The notes under the pieces: generated by a model
Told to the model about the DNA's origin: nothing
Seen by the model: only the letters and a program-made list of their open reading frames with translations
Database searches by the model: none
Made by a program: the position numbers and the translations under genes
Shown: in pieces, positions 60,304-64,000 of the stretch
Layout: every line of letters begins with the position of its first letter
How positions within the stretch are numbered: the stretch's first letter is position 1
Assembly (NCBI GenBank): GCA_017513085.1
Contig: JAFWDK010000029.1
Location: 32,001 to 96,000, forward strand
Source of the DNA: Clostridiales bacterium
GTDB taxonomy: Bacteria; Bacillota; Clostridia; Saccharofermentanales; Saccharofermentanaceae
Direction of reading: 5' to 3'
Length of the DNA stretch: 64,000 nt

Positions 60304-61002
60304 TCAATTCCCATCGATCGGGAAATCGAAGGAGATTACATAGTCACCTATATGATGAACCTGCAGCATGCACATTTGTCTGTCTCTTTGGAAGCTTACG
60401 TTCCAAGAGTCTTCGCTGCTTTTCATGTCGGTACGGATCGCGAAATCTTCCGACTGGATCTTGTCAGCGATTGCCTGAGCTACCTCGAATGCAAAATCCT
60501 TATCTTCAATATGCAGTTCCAGGGTAATGTTGCCAGGGCCTTCAAAAATCGGATCACACTTGAATCCGGAGAAGACAGAGATCCTGCTGATATAGCATGT
60601 GGTGTCCGAAGAGCCTTCATAGAATAACCAGCTGAAGTCGTCATCCTTTTTCGTGAAAGTTCTGCAGCCGTCCATGTTGATAGTCTCGTAATAATCCGCG
60701 CTCTTTGTGCCTGTTTTCACATTCATCGTGTTCCAGAGATCTTTGACGATCTCCTCTGTTGTCATCCCGTCCAGACGGAGAATGATCGAATCATTGGTGA
60801 CCGGCTTCGTCTCCGAAAGAGTTGTGGCCGCCTCTATCTGGATTTCAGGATTTTCAGATCTTCTGGTCGATTCTGCGAGGTTGGTATGCGTATCTTTGGT
60901 CGATCCCTGATTCTCCTTCTTAGAACAAGCAGTGGTGGCTCCGATGAGCATTGCTACGGTAAGTGTTGTGGCGATGATTCTGATAATAGCTTTCGTTTTC
61001 AT
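60304..61002 (-). CDS. Lipoprotein paralogous to the extracellular domain of the adjacent sigma factor
   Basis: Lipobox TTAC, T/E-rich linker, then a domain that aligns by eye with the sigma C-terminus (D.MT.EE....LW.T..V.TG, FSW.F, CDP.F.G, D.DF, DYVI.F..P..G). Confidence 0.82.
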   Translation of the reverse strand: MKTKAIIRIIATTLTVAMLIGATTACSKKENQGSTKDTHTNLAESTRRSENPEIQIEAATTLSETKPVTNDSIILRLDGMTTEEIVKDLWNTMNVKTGTKSADYYETINMDGCRTFTKKDDDFSWLFYEGSSDTTCYISRISVFSGFKCDPIFEGPGNITLELHIEDKDFAFEVAQAIADKIQSEDFAIRTDMKSSEDSWNVSFQRDRQMCMLQVHHIGDYVISFDFPIDGN

Positions 61003-61098
61003 AATTCGTATTCCTTTCGTATTCGCATGTAGCGTTATAGGCTTAAGTGCTTTTCAAAAAGCATCTTCCGTAGATGGGGTAACAGGCTGCGTCGGACA

Positions 61099-61156
61099 TC
61101 CTGTTTCCCCGCATCTACCCTATAGACGAATAACGAAAGGGAATTATTGGGTGGTT
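61099..61156 (-). promoter_or_regulatory. Putative ECF promoter, copy 2 (lipoprotein gene)
   Basis: Minus strand AACCACCCAATAA-N11-TATTCGTCTATAGG, same blocks and spacing as 62601-62658. Confidence 0.7.
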
Positions 61157-61177
61157 TTAGAAGATTTTTCAAAAAGA

Positions 61178-62590
61178 TTATTTCCCGATGAGCGGAATGG
61201 AAAAGTCGATGACATAATCTGTCAGGCAGTAGGCCCTTATACTGAAGGCCCTGCCGTTGCCCTGGAGACGCACGGTTCTCATGCTTACACTGGTTCCAAC
61301 ATCGCTTTTGACTTTGTATCCTTCCGATTCGAAGCGCTCGATGATCAATTCGAACACGTCTTCCGAGAAATCCTCGTCACCAAGATAAACCAACAGATGG
61401 ACATAGGAATTCTCATCGTCGCCTTTGAAGACCGGATCACATTCATCCTTCGAGTACACATCCAGTGCGCTGATAAAGCGTTTGGCATCATTTCTGCTGA
61501 ATGACCAGGAGAACTTATCGGGATGAAGCAGGGAAGGATTATCGGATAGGATGAGCTTCTCGCAATACTCTTCCCGTGTCATCCCTGTGTGCACATCGGT
61601 GGTTTTCCAAAGGTTCTCGATGCACTCTTCTGCGGTCATATCATCCATATACACATAGATCGAATTGTCCGTGGCTTTTCCGTACGTGTCTTCATCGTTC
61701 TTTCCGGAGATATTTACGGCAGAAGTGTCTGCGCCTTCCGTGTCGATCACTCCACGCCCGTTTTGACTTGTCCCTTGAACCTGAGCATCATTCTTCTTTT
61801 GGGTGGAGGCATTATGTGTAAATCCTATAGTGATGCCGATTATTGCACCAATAACAACGACTGCCGCGATGCCTCCGTAAATTACTTTTTCCATTATGGT
61901 ACCTGTCCCTTTCTTTACTGCCTCGGCAGCAGTAGAAGTGGCTTCCCCTGTGGAAGCCTCAGCAGATGCGGACAGGTGGCTGAGCAGTGAAGCGGGCATG
62001 GGCTTAAAGGGCACCTGCTCGGCTTCTTTGATAAACAGTTTGCTTAAGAACGGCACGACCATAAACAACTTGGTGTCATTATCTTTTTCATATTTCTCGA
62101 CCTCCTTCTTGATTTTCTTCTTGGCGAAGCTTAGCCGCCAAAGAACTGTTCCCTGGGGAACACCAAGAACTTCGGAGATCTCTTTCGTCGTCATTTCATC
62201 GAAATAGTAGAGAATGAGAGTTTTTCTGATTTCTTCCGACAAGGACTTCTCGATAATGTCCATGATCACCTTTCTCATCTCGGCGGACTCGATAAGAGAG
62301 TCCGGAAGGAAATCCTCGGCCACATCCTCGACGTTCTCGAAGAATTCGTCTTCTACATTGACGGTCTTTGTCAGTTTGATCCGGTCAAGACATTTGTTAG
62401 CTGCTGTTTTCTTCAGCCAGGCGTGGACCTTGCTCTTATCCTGGATCGAGTCGTAGGACTTGATCAGGGAGAGAAAAGTCTCCTGGACGATGTCCTCTGC
62501 ATCGGCCTCGTTCTTAAGAAGAGACATGGCCGTCCAGTACACCGCACGGTACGAGTCATTGTAGATCTTTTCGAGTTCTTGGTTTGTCAC
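61178..62590 (-). CDS. ECF-type sigma-70 factor fused to a TM helix and an extracellular C-terminal domain
   Basis: Region 2 (DAEDIVQETF, AWLKKTAANKCLD), region 4 (LILYYFDEMTTKEISEVLGVPQGTVLWRL), Ala/Ser/Thr linker, TM VIYGGIAAVVVIGAIIGITIGF, then about 210 aa; GTG start with AGGAGG. Confidence 0.9.
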   Translation of the reverse strand: MTNQELEKIYNDSYRAVYWTAMSLLKNEADAEDIVQETFLSLIKSYDSIQDKSKVHAWLKKTAANKCLDRIKLTKTVNVEDEFFENVEDVAEDFLPDSLIESAEMRKVIMDIIEKSLSEEIRKTLILYYFDEMTTKEISEVLGVPQGTVLWRLSFAKKKIKKEVEKYEKDNDTKLFMVVPFLSKLFIKEAEQVPFKPMPASLLSHLSASAEASTGEATSTAAEAVKKGTGTIMEKVIYGGIAAVVVIGAIIGITIGFTHNASTQKKNDAQVQGTSQNGRGVIDTEGADTSAVNISGKNDEDTYGKATDNSIYVYMDDMTAEECIENLWKTTDVHTGMTREEYCEKLILSDNPSLLHPDKFSWSFSRNDAKRFISALDVYSKDECDPVFKGDDENSYVHLLVYLGDEDFSEDVFELIIERFESEGYKVKSDVGTSVSMRTVRLQGNGRAFSIRAYCLTDYVIDFSIPLIGK

Positions 62591-62600
62591 TTTTTTCGCC

Positions 62601-62658
62601 TCCTGTTTATCCGCATCTGTCCTATAGACGAATAGAGGAAGAGGTTTATTGGGTGGTT
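62601..62658 (-). promoter_or_regulatory. Putative ECF autoregulatory promoter, copy 1 (sigma gene)
   Basis: Minus strand CCAATA-N16-CGTCTA immediately upstream of the RBS. Confidence 0.7.
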
Positions 62659-62761
62659 AGAGAAATATTTCTTTCTTTTCTGTCTTCAGTATATCAGAGA
62701 ATCGTAGCACGTCTATCGAAGAAATAATTACCAAAATAGTAAAACCAAGAACAGAAGAAAC

Positions 62762-62799
62762 AAGAAACCCCGAAACCATTGCGGTATCGGGGTTTTCTT
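62762..62799 (-). terminator. Hairpin/terminator downstream of the tRNA 3' fragment
   Basis: AAGAAACCCCGA..TCGGGGTTTTCTT inverted repeat. Confidence 0.6.
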
Positions 62800-62801
62800 T
62801 C

Positions 62802-62847
62802 TGGAGCCGATTGCGAGACTCGAACTCGCGACCTGCTGATTACAAAT
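62802..62847 (-). pseudogene. 3' half of tRNA-Thr(TGT), an att-site duplication
   Basis: Reverse complement ATTTGTAATCAGCAGGTCGCGAGTTCGAGTCTCGCAATCGGCTCCA gives anticodon loop TTTGTAA, T-arm GCGAG-TTCGAGT-CTCGC, acceptor 3' strand and CCA. D-arm and 5' acceptor strand are absent. Confidence 0.88.
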
Positions 62848-63496
62848 GGAAAAGAAGGTGTATTTCATCGTGACATATGATGGCATAAATGCCTGCAATC
62901 ACGAGCTTTTCTGTGATAAAGGTTTCCTCATCATGGAGCTGGATGTGGATAGCAGGAAATTTAGCGGCATGAATGGAAAGGTGAATCAGTATCCATACAT
63001 TGTAGTGAATGAGAATATGTCTCCGGAGAGGAAGCGATCAACGATCGCGCATGAACTCGTTCATATCATGTTCTCGGATAAGAATTGTTCAGAAGAAGCA
63101 GAGAAAGAAAAACGAGCAACAGCCGTAGCCGGTGCATTTCTCATTTCAATCGATGATGTCCATAGAGAACTTGGCTCCCATAGGACACGTGTTACCAAGG
63201 ATTATATATTGACTTGCGAAGAATACGGTATATCCATGTATCTTCTGGTAAAGCGCGCTGCTTTGGCAGGGATTATATCATCCAGTTTGGAGAAGAACTT
63301 CTATATTCGAGCAAACAAAGCAGGATATCAAACGAATGAACCTGTGTACATTAAAGATCCGGAGTCGCCAACACTTCTGCGTCAACTGGTATACAGAGCG
63401 GTTAACGAGGAAGGCTTGTCGATGGCGCGCGGAGCAGAATTACTCGGGACTAGTATTGCGGAAATGGAGCAGTTTTGTGGATTGGCGGTGACTTGA
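62846..63496 (+). pseudogene. ImmA/IrrE (peptidase M78) domain gene, probably 5'-truncated
   Basis: FSGMNG.VN.YPYIVVN, ERKRSTIAHELVH (HEXXH), AGAFLIS, C-terminal RGAELL. No N-terminal XRE HTH, no RBS, and the ATG overlaps the att core. Confidence 0.7.
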
Positions 63497-63616
63497 TTTG
63501 GAATATATCAGTAATCTTATACGCATCGCTTCTTTTCTGAATCTGCATAGTATCACCTCCTGAACACTTGAGAATAAGCGCTTTTTCAGCTGTGCTGCAT
63601 ACATTGCAAATCGGAC

Positions 63617-63638
63617 TCTGTCCCAATATTGGGACAGA
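63617..63638. promoter_or_regulatory. Perfect 22-bp palindrome, candidate operator
   Basis: TCTGTCCCAAT|ATTGGGACAGA, with no loop and no T-tract. Confidence 0.55.
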
Positions 63639-63675
63639 ATTATTTGGCGCGCCGTATTGTTTTCAAAATGCAAAT

Positions 63676-63736
63676 CGAAATGTTGTCGAAATGTTCCGAA
63701 ATGTTGCCGAAATGTCATAGAAAAGTTCCGAAATGT
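63676..63736 (+). repeat. Phased direct repeats CGAAATGT (5 exact + 1 degenerate)
   Basis: Copies at 63676, 63687, 63697, 63708, (63719 AGAAAAGT) and 63729; spacing 10-11 bp. Confidence 0.85.
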
Positions 63737-63768
63737 CTGGTATTATCAACGTGTGAGGAGGTAGTGTT

Positions 63769-64000
63769 ATGAAAATCAGTGAGTTATTTCCCGATGTCAT
63801 GTGTGAAGATTTGAATTATGAGTATAAGGCTGTCTTGAACCCTGATCATATTGTCAAATGGGCAAAAACTATTGTTGGATTTGCAAATGATAAAGGCGGA
63901 ATAATATTCATAGGTGTTGCAAATGACGGAGAAACATTTGGCCTTTCACTTGAAGATATTGATGCTACGAAACTCCTTGTATCTCAGGTAAACGACAGAA
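63769..64000 (+). CDS. AlbA_2 (Schlafen-like) domain protein, 3'-partial
   Basis: MKISELFPDVMCEDLNYEYKA...KWAKTIVGFANDKGGIIFIGVANDG matches the E..EYK / AFAN..GG...IGV.D.G signature; GAGGAGG RBS; not in the ORF track because it runs off the end. Confidence 0.85.
   Translation, partial: MKISELFPDVMCEDLNYEYKAVLNPDHIVKWAKTIVGFANDKGGIIFIGVANDGETFGLSLEDIDATKLLVSQVNDR

Larger units (their letters stand above)
62802..64000. mobile_element. Left boundary of an element integrated at tRNA-Thr (continues beyond the window)
   Basis: The tRNA fragment breaks at the anticodon loop; sequence to the right is more AT-rich and carries ImmA/IrrE and AlbA_2 genes. No integrase is visible in the window. Confidence 0.7.

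Noticed and set aside
62802-62880. Complete tRNA-Thr gene
   Set aside because: Sequence beyond 62847 cannot form the anticodon-stem 5' strand, D-arm or acceptor stem; only the 3' half is present.
63676-63736. Possible CRISPR array
   Set aside because: Repeats are 8 bp with 2-3 bp gaps; no spacers or cas genes.

Overview
Gene-dense chromosomal window (about 48-50% GC by eye) from what looks like an anaerobic Clostridia-class Firmicute. The taxonomy is inferred from gene content and AGGAGG ribosome-binding sites only. Most of it is ordinary metabolism and envelope biology: GH1 beta-glucosidase, GT4 glycosyltransferase, cardiolipin synthase, PPK2, aconitase-family hydratase, NfeD/flotillin, aquaporin, MATE, GAPDH, ABC transporters, Fe-ADH and three c-di-GMP-domain proteins. 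Five things stand out. (1) An ECF sigma factor is fused to a TM helix and an extracellular domain, and the next gene is a lipoprotein made of that same domain. Both genes are preceded by the same ~58-bp ECF-type promoter block (60304-62658). (2) A lower-GC, translationally coupled Sel1-repeat / J-domain (HPD) / HIRAN operon (37799-39828). (3) A BlaI/BlaR1-like pair lacking a penicillin-binding domain, whose TACAnnTGTA operator recurs in front of three tandem large solute-binding lipoproteins with no adjacent permeases (49747-58619). (4) An unannotated Cys-rich 28-aa leader peptide plus terminator ahead of a GNAT gene (42970-43694). (5) The displaced 3' half of tRNA-Thr(TGT) marks the edge of an integrated element. 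That element carries a truncated ImmA/IrrE gene, a perfect 22-bp palindrome, helically phased repeats and an AlbA_2-domain gene running off the right end. No CRISPR array, rRNA or complete tRNA was seen. All calls rest on motif recognition by eye; no database searches were run.
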